From an uncultured beta proteobacterium (GTDB lineage Bacteria > Pseudomonadota > Gammaproteobacteria > Burkholderiales > Burkholderiaceae_C), in NCBI GenBank assembly GCA_963783785.1, contig CAWAOQ010000010.1, forward strand, positions 139,316 to 203,315: a stretch of DNA of 64,000 nt. The letters run 5' to 3'. Within the stretch, counting starts at the first letter, position 1. Each line of letters opens with the position of its first letter. Below are positions 39,859 through 49,866 of the stretch, in pieces. The position numbers were made by a program, and so were the translations under genes. The notes under the pieces are model-generated. The model searched no databases. It worked only from the letters and a program-made list of their open reading frames with translations, and was not told the DNA's origin.

Positions 39859-40095
39859 CAACGGGGCAGCCGGGCAGCGCACGGCGCGCATGTGAGGCGC
39901 CGAGCAGCACAGGGTGCGGGGCCCGCGCGCGCAGCGCGCATCGTGATCTGACTCGGCGCGCCTGTCCGAGCGCAGCGAACGCAGTGAGCGCAGCGAGTTG
40001 CGCGACGGGGCCACGGACCCGAGCAGCGCAGGGCAGTCTGAGCGCAGCGAAGACCGCCTCAGCTGCGCGCCGTGCGCTGCCCGGCTGCCCCGTTG
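39859..40095. repeat. palindromic REP/MITE-like element inside the ABC operon
   Basis: 32-bp perfect inverted repeat: CAACGGGGCAGCCGGGCAGCGCACGGCGCGCA (39859-39890) and its exact reverse complement (40064-40095). Both arms extend imperfectly (TGTGAGGCG / CGCCTCAGC). The core holds three copies of GAGCGCAGCGA (39968, 39986, 40040) and two of CCGAGCAGCNCAGGG. Confidence 0.8.
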
Positions 40096-40211
40096 CCGCG
40101 CCACCACCAGCAACGCGGACTTCGAGTGAAACCTGCGCCCGGCAAGCTGCCGCTGCACGCCGGCGCCGTTGACGTGCCGTGCAAAGTGCAAAGCGCAGTG
40201 GAGCCATCGAC

Positions 40212-41066
40212 ATGATCGCGTCGCTCCCGCGTCCACCCTGGCTGCGCACCGCCACGGTCGTCTATGCGCTGGCGTTCTTCGCCTTCCTGTTTCTGCCGCT
40301 GGCGGTGGTGGCCCTGTTCGCATTCAACGATGCACCGTATCCGGCGCCGCCATGGCGGGGTTTCACCTGGGACTGGTTCACCGGGCACGGCGACGCCCGT
40401 CGCGTCGGCCTGTTCGCCGATGGGCCGCTGCTGGCAAGTGTCTGGACCAGCGTGGTCGTCGCCAGTTGGGTGACGCTGCTGTCGGTCGCGGTGGGCACGG
40501 CCAACGCATTCCTGCTCGAGCGTGCGACGTTCCGCGGCAAGTCCGCGCTGTCGTTGCTGATGCTGGCGCCGCTGGTGATCCCCGGGGTGATCCTCGGTAT
40601 TTCGATCCTCGCCTTCGCCAGCCGGCTGGCGCAGCTGGCCGACGACCTGTTTGCCTGGGAATTGAGCTTCCTTCGGCCCGGTCTGCCGCTGGTCGTGCTG
40701 GGCCAGTTTTCCTACATCGTCTCGATCGCCACGCTGACCATCGCAGCCCGGCTCAAGCGCTTCGACACCACGCTCGAAGAGGCGGCCTTCAATCTCGGCG
40801 CGTCGCGCATCTCGGTGTTCACCGGCATCGTCCTGCCGTACCTGCGCCCATCGCTGATCGGCGCCGCGGCGATCTCGTTCCTGATGTCGTTCGAGAACTT
40901 CAACACCACGCTGATGCTGGTGGGCTCGGATCCGCCTCTGACGGTGATGATGTACGGTCGCATGCGAGAGGGTGCGAGCCCCGTGCTGAATGCCGTCAGC
41001 CTGTTCCTGATGCTGGGCTCGGCCTTGCTGGCGCTGGCATTGATGCGCCGGCGTGACCCGGGCTGA
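40212..41066 (+). CDS. ABC transporter permease (PotC-like)
   Basis: Internal ATG of ORF 40179..41066: MIASLPRPPWLRTATVVYALAFFAFLFLPL..., with the EAA loop FDTTLEEAAFNLGASRISVFTGIVLP. Confidence 0.9.
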   Translation: MIASLPRPPWLRTATVVYALAFFAFLFLPLAVVALFAFNDAPYPAPPWRGFTWDWFTGHGDARRVGLFADGPLLASVWTSVVVASWVTLLSVAVGTANAFLLERATFRGKSALSLLMLAPLVIPGVILGISILAFASRLAQLADDLFAWELSFLRPGLPLVVLGQFSYIVSIATLTIAARLKRFDTTLEEAAFNLGASRISVFTGIVLPYLRPSLIGAAAISFLMSFENFNTTLMLVGSDPPLTVMMYGRMREGASPVLNAVSLFLMLGSALLALALMRRRDPG

Positions 41067-41067
41067 T

Positions 41068-41730
41068 TCAGTCGAACTGCAGGCGCTGCACGCCGGCGGC
41101 GGTGCCGAGCAGGCACACGCGCGCGCGGTGCCGCGCGAAGATGCCCACCGCGACCACGCCCGGCCACTGATTGATTTCGGTTTCGAGTGCCAGCGGATCC
41201 GTGATCGACAAACCATGCACGTCGAGCAGCGGGTGGCCGTTGTCGGTGGTCACGCCGACCCGCAGCACAGGATTGCCGCCGAGGGCGCGAAAGCGCCGAG
41301 CCACCTGCTCGCGCGCCATCTCGATCACTTCCACCGGCAGCGCGAACTTGCCCAGCACGGCCACGCGCTTGCTTTCGTCGGCGATGCAGACGAAGCGCTC
41401 GGCCAGGTCGGCGACGATCTTCTCGCGCGTCAGCGCGGCGCCGCCGCCCTTGATCATGCAGCCGTGGCCATCGATCTCGTCGGCACCGTCGATGTAGACC
41501 GGCAGCCGCTCGACCTCGTTGGCATCGAACACGCGGATGCCGAGCGCACGCAGACGTTCGGTGCTCTGTGCCGAACTCGACACCGCGCCGGCGATGCGAT
41601 CCTTGATGCCCCCCAGCGCGTCGATGAACTTGTTCACCGTCGAGCCGGTGCCGACGCCGACGACACTGCCCGGCACCACGTAGTCGAGCGCGGCCTGCCC
41701 GACCAGGGTCTTCAACTCGTCTTGGGTCAT
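41068..41730 (-). CDS. rpiA: ribose-5-phosphate isomerase A
   Basis: 220-aa ORF: [18 protein letters not shown]...VGVGTGSTV...IDGADEID...[12 protein letters not shown]. Confidence 0.95.
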   Translation of the reverse strand: MTQDELKTLVGQAALDYVVPGSVVGVGTGSTVNKFIDALGGIKDRIAGAVSSSAQSTERLRALGIRVFDANEVERLPVYIDGADEIDGHGCMIKGGGAALTREKIVADLAERFVCIADESKRVAVLGKFALPVEVIEMAREQVARRFRALGGNPVLRVGVTTDNGHPLLDVHGLSITDPLALETEINQWPGVVAVGIFARHRARVCLLGTAAGVQRLQFD

Positions 41731-41770
41731 CGACGCCAGCCTCGAAGTGTTTGCGAGAATGTCGCAAATT

Positions 41771-42805
41771 ATGGCTGTCGTTCCCTACGCCCTCACCCGC
41801 CCGTTCCTGTTCGGCCTCGACCCCGAAATCGCCCATGAGCTGACGCTCGGCGCCATCGCCCGCCTGCAGAACACGCCGGCGCAATGCCTCTGGCAGCAGC
41901 CGCGAGTCGACGATCCCGTCACCGTCGCCGGCCTGCGCTTCCCCAACCGCGTCGGCCTGGCCGCCGGGCTCGACAAGAACGGCCGCTGCATCGATGGCCT
42001 GGGCGCGATGGGCTTCGGCTTCATCGAGGTCGGCACGGTGACGCCGAAAGGCCAGCCGGGCAACCCCAAGCCGCGCATGTTCCGCGTGCCCGCGGCGCAC
42101 GCGCTGATCAACCGGCTCGGTTTCAACAATGAAGGCCTCGATGCCTTCGTCGACAACGTTCAGCGGGCCAAGACGTTTCGCGCCGCCGGCGGCATCGTCG
42201 GCCTGAACATCGGCAAGAACGCCGCGACGCCGATCGAACGCGCTGCCGATGACTACCTGCTGTGCCTGCGCGGCGTGTACCCGCACGCCGACTACATCAC
42301 CGTCAACATCTCGAGCCCGAACACGCAGAACCTGCGCGCGCTGCAGAGCGACGAGCAATTGCAGCTGCTGCTCAACATGCTGGTTGGGCGCCGCGCCGAA
42401 CTCGAGCGCGAACATGGCCACAAGCCGATCTTCCTGAAGATCGCACCCGACCTGGATGAAGAGCAGATCAAGATCATCGCCGCCACGCTGCTGCGTCACG
42501 GCATCGACGGCGTGATCGCCACCAACACCACCGTCTCGCGCCACGGCGTGCACCACCTGCCCAACGGCCAGGAAACCGGCGGCCTGTCGGGGGCGCCGCT
42601 CTTGGCCGGCAGCAACCGCGTCATCCGCCTGTTGCGGGCGCAGCTCGGCAAGGGCTACCCGATCATCGGCGTCGGTGGCGTGATGAGCGCAGCCGACGCG
42701 CGCTCCAAGATCAAGGCCGGCGCCGACCTGGTGCAGATCTACACCGGGCTGATCTACAACGGCCCGGCGCTGGTGCCGCAGGTGGCCAGGGCGCTGAAGG
42801 GTTGA
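41771..42805 (+). CDS. pyrD: dihydroorotate dehydrogenase (quinone)
   Basis: ORF 41747..42805. The start at 41771 aligns with the class 2 N-terminus ([21 protein letters not shown]). Motifs [22 protein letters not shown] and IGVGGV are present. Confidence 0.95.
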   Translation: MAVVPYALTRPFLFGLDPEIAHELTLGAIARLQNTPAQCLWQQPRVDDPVTVAGLRFPNRVGLAAGLDKNGRCIDGLGAMGFGFIEVGTVTPKGQPGNPKPRMFRVPAAHALINRLGFNNEGLDAFVDNVQRAKTFRAAGGIVGLNIGKNAATPIERAADDYLLCLRGVYPHADYITVNISSPNTQNLRALQSDEQLQLLLNMLVGRRAELEREHGHKPIFLKIAPDLDEEQIKIIAATLLRHGIDGVIATNTTVSRHGVHHLPNGQETGGLSGAPLLAGSNRVIRLLRAQLGKGYPIIGVGGVMSAADARSKIKAGADLVQIYTGLIYNGPALVPQVARALKG

Positions 42806-42889
42806 ACGCTGGAACGTGCCGAGCGCGACCGACTCGCACGCCACCCAACCGCTTGACAACGGCCCCTTGCGGCCTCACGCGCCGGCCCG

Positions 42890-43529
42890 CTACTGCAGCG
42901 GCACGCCGGTCTTGCTCTGCACCTCTTCGCGGGTCACGCCCGGCGCCAGTTCGACGAGCTTGAGCCCGTGCGGCGTCACGTCGAGGACGCACAGGTCGGT
43001 GATGATGCGGTCGACCACGGCGACGCCGGTCAGCGGCAGCGTGCAGTGCGGCAGGATCTTCAGATCGATGCTGCCGTCCTTCTTCTTGGCCACGTGCTCC
43101 ATCAGCACGACGACGCTCCGCACGCCGCCCACCAGGTCCATCGCGCCGCCCATGCCCTTGACCATCTTGCCGGGGATCATCCAGTTGGCCAGGTCGCCCT
43201 TCTCGCTGACCTGCATTGCGCCGAGGATCGACAGGTTGATCTTGCCGCCGCGGATCATCGCGAAGCTGTCGTGGCTGCCGAAGATCGAGGAACCGGGGAT
43301 CGTCGTCACCGTCTGCTTACCCGCGTTGATCAGGTCGGCATCGACCGTGTCTTCGGTCGGAAACGGCGCCGATGCCGAGCATGCCGTTCTCGCTCTGCAG
43401 CCAGACCTCGATGTTGGGGTCGACGAAATTGGCCACCAGCGTCGGCAGGCCGATGCCGAGATTGACGTAGAAGCCGTCGGCCAGCTCCTTGGCCGCACGG
43501 GCCGCCATTTGCGCATGTGTCCAAGCCAT
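42890..43529 (-). pseudogene. scoB: 3-oxoacid CoA-transferase subunit B, interrupted by a single-base insertion
   Basis: N-terminus [36 protein letters not shown]...[11 protein letters not shown] is in ORF 43317..43529. The remainder ([21 protein letters not shown]...) is in ORF 42890..43516. The junction is about 43367 (ATC GGC-G-CCG TTT). Confidence 0.88.
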
Positions 43530-43531
43530 TT

Positions 43532-44239
43532 TCAGATCCCCGCCTTTTCGGTGATGGTGCGTTTCTCGATGCGCTTTTCGGGATGCGCATTGAGCACGAT
43601 GCGGTGCACGTAGATGCCCGGCAGGTGCACGGCGTCCGGCGCGAAGGCACCGGTTTCGACGATCTCCTCGACCTCGACCACGGTCGTCTTGCCGGCCATC
43701 GCCACCGCCGGATTGAAGTTGCGCGCGGTCAGGCGGAACAGCAGGTTGCCGCTCCTGTCGGCCTTCCAGGCCTTGACCAGCGACACATCGGGCACCAGCG
43801 AACGCTCCATCACGTAGGTGTGGTCGTCGAACTCGCGCAACTCCTTGCCTTCGGCAACCATCGTGCCGACGCCGGTGCGGGTGAAGAATGCCGGGATGCC
43901 GGCGCCGCCGGCGCGCAGCTTCTCGGCCAGCGTGCCCTGCGGCGTGAACTCGAGTTCAAGTTCGCCGGCCAGGTACTGGCGCTCGAACTCCTTGTTCTCG
44001 CCGACGTAGCTCGAGATCATCTTCTTGATCTGCCGCGTCTCGAGCAACTTCCCGAGGCCGAAGCCGTCGACGCCGGCATTGTTGGAGATGACGGTCAGGT
44101 TCTTGACGCCGGTGTCACGCAGCGCGTCGATCAGCGCTTCGGGGATGCCACACAGGCCAAAGCCACCGACGGCCAACAACTGACCGTCCCGGACGAGGCC
44201 GTCGAGTGCGGCCTTCGCACTCGGATAGATCTTGTTCAT
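43532..44239 (-). CDS. scoA: 3-oxoacid CoA-transferase subunit A
   Basis: 235-aa ORF: [40 protein letters not shown]...[15 protein letters not shown]. Confidence 0.95.
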   Translation of the reverse strand: MNKIYPSAKAALDGLVRDGQLLAVGGFGLCGIPEALIDALRDTGVKNLTVISNNAGVDGFGLGKLLETRQIKKMISSYVGENKEFERQYLAGELELEFTPQGTLAEKLRAGGAGIPAFFTRTGVGTMVAEGKELREFDDHTYVMERSLVPDVSLVKAWKADRSGNLLFRLTARNFNPAVAMAGKTTVVEVEEIVETGAFAPDAVHLPGIYVHRIVLNAHPEKRIEKRTITEKAGI

Positions 44240-44289
44240 GCGCGAGGTCTCCAGGAAAAAGGGCCTTCAACAACAGCGGTGGAGCGTAC

Positions 44290-44318
44290 TACGTAACCCA
44301 TTACGTAGTCGTTACGTA
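44290..44318. promoter_or_regulatory. three TTACGTA-type boxes in the scoA / PAS-LuxR divergent promoter region
   Basis: TACGTA hexamers at 44290, 44302 and 44313 (12- and 11-bp spacing). The extended unit is (G/A)TTACGTAG, with the first copy inverted relative to the other two. Confidence 0.4.
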
Positions 44319-44347
44319 GAATTCAGTAAAGCAAGACCAACAACGCC

Positions 44348-44893
44348 ATGAACCTCGACTACCGCACCGCCTTCGATCTGGCGCCGATCGGCCTCGTGCT
44401 TTCGAAAGACCGGTTGATCGTCGGCTGCAACCAGCAACTGCTGGCGATGTTCGGCGCCCGCGAACCCGAACAGCTCAACGGCCGCAGTTTCGAGCTGCTG
44501 TACCCGACCCACGACGAGTTCGAGCGCACCGGCGCGCGCATCGTCGCCAGCCTCGACAAGCGAGGTTTCTACGCCGACGAACGCATCATGAAGCGGCTGT
44601 CGGGCGAATTGTTCTGGTGCCACGTGTCGGGCCGCGCGCTCGATCCGCAGCAGCCCCACGCCGCCGGCATCTGGAGCTTCGAGGATCTGTCGGCACGGCG
44701 CAGGGTGAGTGCCGAGCTCACGCCGCGCGAACGCGAGATCGCCGCGCTGCTGATCGAGGGCCTGACGAGCAAGCGCATCGGCCTGAAGCTGGCGATCAGC
44801 CCGCGCACGGTCGATGTCTATCGCGCGCGCCTGATGCGCAAGTACGGCGCCTCGACGACCCCCGAACTGGTCAACAAGCTCCTCAGTGTCTGA
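44348..44893 (+). CDS. PAS domain-containing LuxR family transcriptional regulator
   Basis: 181-aa ORF with an N-terminal PAS-like segment (FDLAPIGLVLSKDRLIVGCNQQLLAMFG...) and a C-terminal LuxR HTH (LTPREREIAALLIEGLTSKRIGLKLAISPRTVDVYRARLMRKYG). Confidence 0.88.
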   Translation: MNLDYRTAFDLAPIGLVLSKDRLIVGCNQQLLAMFGAREPEQLNGRSFELLYPTHDEFERTGARIVASLDKRGFYADERIMKRLSGELFWCHVSGRALDPQQPHAAGIWSFEDLSARRRVSAELTPREREIAALLIEGLTSKRIGLKLAISPRTVDVYRARLMRKYGASTTPELVNKLLSV

Positions 44894-44906
44894 AACGAAG
44901 GCCCGC

Positions 44907-45581
44907 ATGACGATCACCGTCCACCATCTCGAGAACTCGCGCTCCCAGCGCGTGCTGTGGCTGCTCGAGGAGCTCGGGCTGCCGTACGAGGTCAAGCGCT
45001 ACGCGCGCGACAAGAAGACGTCGCTGGCACCACCCGAGTTGGCCGCCGTGCATCCGCTGGGCAAGTCACCGGTGGTGAGCGACGGCGCGACGGTGGTCGC
45101 CGAGACCGGGGCGATCGTCGAGTACCTGCTCGACCGCGCCGGCGGCGATGCGCTGCGCCCGCCCGCCGGCACGCCCGAGCGGCTGCGCTTCACCTACTGG
45201 CTGCACTTCGCGGAAGGCTCGGCCATGCCGCCACTGGTGATGGCACTGGTGTTCCAGAAGGTGCGCACCGCACCGATGCCGTTCTTTGCCAGGCCAATCG
45301 CCAAGGCGATTGCCGCCAACGTGATGAAGGGCTTCGTGCAACCCACCATCGATCGGCAGCTCGCATTCATGGAAGCCGAGCTGACCTCGCGGCCCTGGTT
45401 TGCCGGCAAGAAGTTCAGCGCTGCCGACATCATGATGAGCTTTCCGCTCGAGGCGGCTGCATCGCGCGGTGGGCTGGACGCGCGCTACCCGAAGCTCGAC
45501 GGCTTCCTGACCCGCATCCATGCGCGGCCCGCCTACCAGCGCGCGCTGGAGCGCGGCGGGCCGTACGCCTTGGCGGCTTGA
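44907..45581 (+). CDS. glutathione S-transferase family protein
   Basis: Internal ATG of ORF 44886..45581: MTITVHHLENSRSQRVLWLLEELGLPYEVKRY...HPLGKSPVV... Confidence 0.88.
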   Translation: MTITVHHLENSRSQRVLWLLEELGLPYEVKRYARDKKTSLAPPELAAVHPLGKSPVVSDGATVVAETGAIVEYLLDRAGGDALRPPAGTPERLRFTYWLHFAEGSAMPPLVMALVFQKVRTAPMPFFARPIAKAIAANVMKGFVQPTIDRQLAFMEAELTSRPWFAGKKFSAADIMMSFPLEAAASRGGLDARYPKLDGFLTRIHARPAYQRALERGGPYALAA

Positions 45582-45582
45582 G

Positions 45583-46659
45583 CTACAGCAGCGGCTGCGC
45601 GTCGATCGAAGGCTGCTGCACCAGCGCGGCAAACTCGTCGGCCAGGCGCTGGCTCTCGGCAACGGCCCTGGACCACGCTGCCTGCCGTCCCGGCAGGTCA
45701 TCGCCATAGGCCTTGAAATCGCTGCGGTCGGGCAGCTTGCCGCCCGGCAGCCTGGCCCGGATCCACTCGGCGCTCGGCGCCAGCAGCACCACGTTGGCCA
45801 GCCGCGCCGTGGCGCCATGGCGGTGCTTGAGCCCCTTGTCGAGCCAGCCGGGCACCACGCTGGCCTGGAAATGCGGGTACAGCACCAGGCCCTCGCTCAT
45901 CTGCGCATAGTCGAGGTGCAGGTGGTAATCGGTGATGCCGCCATCCCAGTACGCGCCGCGTGGCGCACCGGGAATGTCGTGCACGGCGTCGAGCCAGAAC
46001 GGGATCGAGCAACTGGCGAGCAGGCTCGCTGTCAGGTTGTCGGCGGTCAGCGCGACCTGCCTGGTGCGGAAATCGTGCAGTGCAAACGGCAGCGGCTCGC
46101 GCGGGTCGGAAAACATCACGCGCTCGAGCCAGCCGCCCATTGCGCGGCGGCTGAGCAGGTTGGTGGCGAAGGCACCGAAGTAGCCGAGCGGCGTGCGCAC
46201 GTGGCCTTGCCGGCTGAGCACGTGGCGGCCGCGGCTGGTCAGCACGTGCAAGCGGTAACGGGGGTGCTGCAGCAACTCGGCTGCGCGGCCGCCGAAGCGT
46301 TCGTCGAGCTTGGCGCCGAATACCGCGCTCACGTCGCGCGCCCGTGGCGGCTTGCCCGGCTCGTGCGGATAGTCCTGCGCGATGTAGTCGGCGGCCAGTT
46401 GCGCGAACGCCGCCGCCGGATCAGCCAGGCAGGCACTGGCCAGCCGCCAGGCGCCGATCGAGGCCCCCAGCAGGTGCACCGTCTGCGCTGCACCCGACAG
46501 CCACGGTCCGAAGATGAAACGGTCGAGCGGGTTGAGCACCAGGCCCTTCGGGCCGCCGGCCGCCGCCGGCACCACGCGCACGTCGGCGGCGGCGAGGCCG
46601 CGCTCGCGCAACTGCGTGCGGGCGCGCGGGCCGGCGTAGATGCGCAGCGCCGGCGCCAT
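45583..46659 (-). CDS. patatin-like phospholipase family protein
   Basis: 358-aa ORF with a nucleophile elbow GASIGAW (GxSxG) and a glycine-rich oxyanion region (PAAAGGPKG). The fit to the DGG/DGA motif near WDGGITDYH is weaker. Confidence 0.75.
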   Translation of the reverse strand: MAPALRIYAGPRARTQLRERGLAAADVRVVPAAAGGPKGLVLNPLDRFIFGPWLSGAAQTVHLLGASIGAWRLASACLADPAAAFAQLAADYIAQDYPHEPGKPPRARDVSAVFGAKLDERFGGRAAELLQHPRYRLHVLTSRGRHVLSRQGHVRTPLGYFGAFATNLLSRRAMGGWLERVMFSDPREPLPFALHDFRTRQVALTADNLTASLLASCSIPFWLDAVHDIPGAPRGAYWDGGITDYHLHLDYAQMSEGLVLYPHFQASVVPGWLDKGLKHRHGATARLANVVLLAPSAEWIRARLPGGKLPDRSDFKAYGDDLPGRQAAWSRAVAESQRLADEFAALVQQPSIDAQPLL

Positions 46660-46667
46660 CCTCGCGC

Positions 46668-47198
46668 CTAACGGGTGATCACGCCGCAGGCGATGCGACC
46701 GCCCGCATTGCCGGTCGGCTGGGTACGGTAGTCGTCGGGCATGGCGTGAACGATCAAGCCCTTGCCGACGATGTCGGCGACGCCGCTGCCGACCGTGACG
46801 CCGGTGACATGGAACTGCGCGTCGGCGCGGCCGTTGGCATCGGCCTTCAGGGCCGGCAGGTCGCCGACATGGTGGTCGGCGTCCTGCGGGCCATGCGGCT
46901 TGCCGGTGGGGTTGAAATGGCCGCCGGTGCTCATGCCATCGCCGCTGCTGCAGTCGCCCTTCTCGTGGACGTGGAAACCGTGCTCCTGGCCGGGCTTCAG
47001 GCCCTCCACCCTGGCGTGCACCATCACCCGATCACCCTGCTGGCTGAATGTGACCGTGCCGGCGGCGGTGTTGCCGCGCGTGGCCTCGAGCTTGGCGGTC
47101 GCCGTCGGGCCCGCGCCGGGCGACATGCCGGCACAGCCGGCAAGCGCGGCGGCGACAACCGCGATGGACAGCGTCGAGAAGGTGAAACGTGCATTCAT
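46668..47198 (-). CDS. sodC: periplasmic Cu,Zn superoxide dismutase
   Basis: 176-aa ORF with a lipoprotein-type signal peptide (LAGCAG) and the metal-ligand pattern GFHVHEKGDCS...GGHFNP...HVGDLP...GGRIACGVI. Confidence 0.93.
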   Translation of the reverse strand: MNARFTFSTLSIAVVAAALAGCAGMSPGAGPTATAKLEATRGNTAAGTVTFSQQGDRVMVHARVEGLKPGQEHGFHVHEKGDCSSGDGMSTGGHFNPTGKPHGPQDADHHVGDLPALKADANGRADAQFHVTGVTVGSGVADIVGKGLIVHAMPDDYRTQPTGNAGGRIACGVITR

Positions 47199-47247
47199 GA
47201 GAAGGTCTCCGGCAAGGGTGGAGCGCGGATGCTAAGTCAAGCGGCGC

Positions 47248-49612
47248 TCATTTCCCGCGCAGGCGCTCGAAGGCCGCGGCCATCGAGCCGATGGCCGGCG
47301 CCGGCCCGTTGCGCGCCGGCGCGCGTTCGCCGCGCACGGCGGGCCGGAACGCCTGTTCACCGCGGCGCTCGCCGGCTGCTGCTGTCGGCACGTCGAGCTT
47401 CATCGTCAGCGCGATGCGTTGGCGTGCGAGATCGACCTCCACCACCCGCACCTTGACGATGTCGCCGGTCTTCACGACCTCGCGCGCGTCCTTGACGAAC
47501 TTGTTGGCCAGCTGGCTCACATGCACCAGGCCGTCCTGGTGCACACCGACGTCGACGAAGGCGCCGAACTGGGCCACGTTGCTGACAGTGCCTTCGAGCA
47601 CCATGCCAGGCAGCAAGTGCTTGATGTCATCGATGCCATCGGTCAACTTCGCGACCTTGAAATCCGGGCGCGGATCGCGGCCCGGCTTCTCCAGTTCGGC
47701 CAGGATGTCCTTGACGGTGATCGCACCGAAGCGCTCGTCGGCGAAGACGGCGGGCTGCAGCGCCCTCAGCACATCGCTGCGGCCCATCAGCTCGCCGAGC
47801 GGCCTGCCGGTGGCGGCGAGGATTCTTTCGACCACCGGATAGGTCTCGGGGTGCACGCCAGAGCGATCGAGCGGGTTGTCGCCGTCGCGGATGCGCAGGA
47901 AGCCCGCCGCCTGCTCGAAGGTCTTGGCGCCCAGCCCGGCCACGTCGAGCAACTGCTGCCGGTTGCGGAATGCCCCGTGTGCATCGCGCCAGCGCACGAT
48001 GCTGGCGGCCACCGTGGCCGACAGCCCCGACACCCGCGCCAACAACGGCGGCGATGCGGTGTTCAGGTCCACGCCCACCGCGTTGACGCAATCCTCGACC
48101 ACCGCATCGAGGCTGCGCGCCAGGCCGCTCTGGTTGACGTCGTGCTGGTACTGGCCCACGCCGATGCTCTTGGGGTCGATCTTGACCAACTCGGCCAGCG
48201 GGTCCTGCACGCGCCGCGCAATGCTCACTGCACCACGCAGGCTCACGTCGAGCTCGGGCAGTTCCTTGCTCGCCACTTCGCTGGCCGAATACACCGAAGC
48301 GCCGGCTTCGCTGACGACCAACTTGTGGATCACCGCCTTCGTCGTGGACACCGGCGCATGCTGCGCGACCAGCGCGATCAGCTCGCCGGCCAGCTTGTCG
48401 GTCTCGCGGCTCGCGGTGCCGTTGCCGATGGCGATCAGGTTCACGCCGTGCGTGGCCACCAGCTGCGCCAGCCGTGTGCAGACTGCCCTGCCAATCACGC
48501 CGCGGTTCGTGTGGATAGACCGTCGCGGTATCGAGCACGCGCCCGGTGGCGCTGACCACCGCCACCTTGACGCCGGTGCGGATGCCCGGGTCGAGCCCCA
48601 TCACGACGCGTTCGCCGGCTGGTGCGGCAAGCAGCAGATCGCGCAGGTTGTCGCCGAAGACCTTGATCGCGATCGCTTCGGCGGCCTCGCGGAGGCGCGC
48701 AAACAGGTCGCGCTCCAGGCTCAGCGAGAGCTTGACCTTCCAGGTCCAGGCCACGCATTTGCGGATCAGCTCGTCGCCGGCGCGCGCCTGGTGGCGCCAG
48801 CCGAGGTGGCGTGCGATGCGGCCCTCGGCCAGGCCCGGTTGCCCGGCAACGACCGCCTCATCGATCGCCAGGTGCACATCGAGCACTTCCAGCGCCCGCC
48901 CACGGAACACCGCCAGAGCACGGTGCGATGGCACGCGTGCGATCGGCTCGGCATGGTCGAAGTAGTCGCGGAACTTGGCGACCTCGGCGGCGTTCTCGTC
49001 CTTGCCGGCCGCCAGCCTGGACACGAACAGGCCCTCGGCCCACAACCATTCGCGCAGGCCACCGACCAGCGCCGCATCCTCGGCCCAGCGTTCGGCGAGC
49101 AGGTCGCGCACGCCATCGAGCACCGCGTGCGCGTCGGCAAACCCGGCGTCGGCATTGACGAACGCCGCCGCCTCGGCCCATGGATCGAGCGATGGATCGG
49201 CGAACAGCCTCTCGGCCAACGGTTCGAGACCTGCTTCGCGCGCGATCGCGCCCTTCGTGCGGCGCTTTGCCTTGTACGGTGCGTACAGGTCCTCGAGTTC
49301 CTGCTTGGTCGGTGCCGCGTCGATCGCATCCTGCAGCGCCGGCGTCAGCTTGCCCTGCTCGGCGATGCTCTTGACCACCGCGGCGCGGCGGACTTCGAGC
49401 TCGCGCAGATAGGCCAGCCGCGTTTCCAGTTCGCGCAGTTGCGTGTCGTCCAGGCCCGCGGTGGCCTCCTTGCGGTAGCGCGCGATGAACGGCACCGTGG
49501 CACCGCCATCGAGCAGCGACACGGCGGCATGGACCTGCGCCGGGCGGGCGCCGAGTTCGACCGCAAGCTGGGCGGCAATCTTTGTTTCTGTCGAGGGTTC
49601 CAAGGCGGGCAC
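47248..49612 (-). pseudogene. tex: transcription accessory protein Tex (S1 RNA-binding domain protein), interrupted by a single-base insertion
   Basis: N-terminus (LLDGGATVPFIARYRKEATAGLDDTQLRELE...[15 protein letters not shown]) is in ORF 47627..49612. The rest ([16 protein letters not shown]...S1 domain [31 protein letters not shown]) is in ORF 47248..48498. The junction is about 48472. Confidence 0.9.
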
Positions 49613-49866
49613 AACCGGGAGCGGAAAACGAAGCGCGCGAGTGTGTCACAGCGGGCCTTCGATAGGCCCGGCCGCCGATGAAGTCGTGGTCGGCGACGAT
49701 GCGTCGACGGATCGGGCGGCCGTCGTCGCCGAATGCCAAGGCACCGCCCGGTCAGCGTGGCGGCGGGTGGTTTCGACGAGACCGGCTTCGGTGCCGAAGA
49801 ACCGGTCATCCGCCGCGCGTTGAAGCGGCAGGGCCGCTTCGTGGTGCTGCCCGAACGGGCGCACGA

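Noticed and set aside
39968-40050. Repeated GAGCGCAGCGA motifs considered as a mini-CRISPR or tandem repeat array.
   Set aside because: There are only three 11-nt copies with irregular spacing (18 and 54 nt), no cas genes and no spacer-like unique units. They are better explained as the internal structure of the palindromic element.
39774-40172. 132-aa ORF inside the potB-potC spacer.
   Set aside because: The product is Ala/Arg/Ser/Cys-rich with no motifs and no RBS, and the ORF is palindrome-derived: the opposite strand gives equally long ORFs.
49613-49866. 255-bp spacer between tex and the secreted protein gene as a possible gene remnant or sRNA.
   Set aside because: The overlapping track ORFs are low-complexity. 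I found no convincing hairpin-plus-T-tract or conserved motif. It is most simply the tex promoter region.
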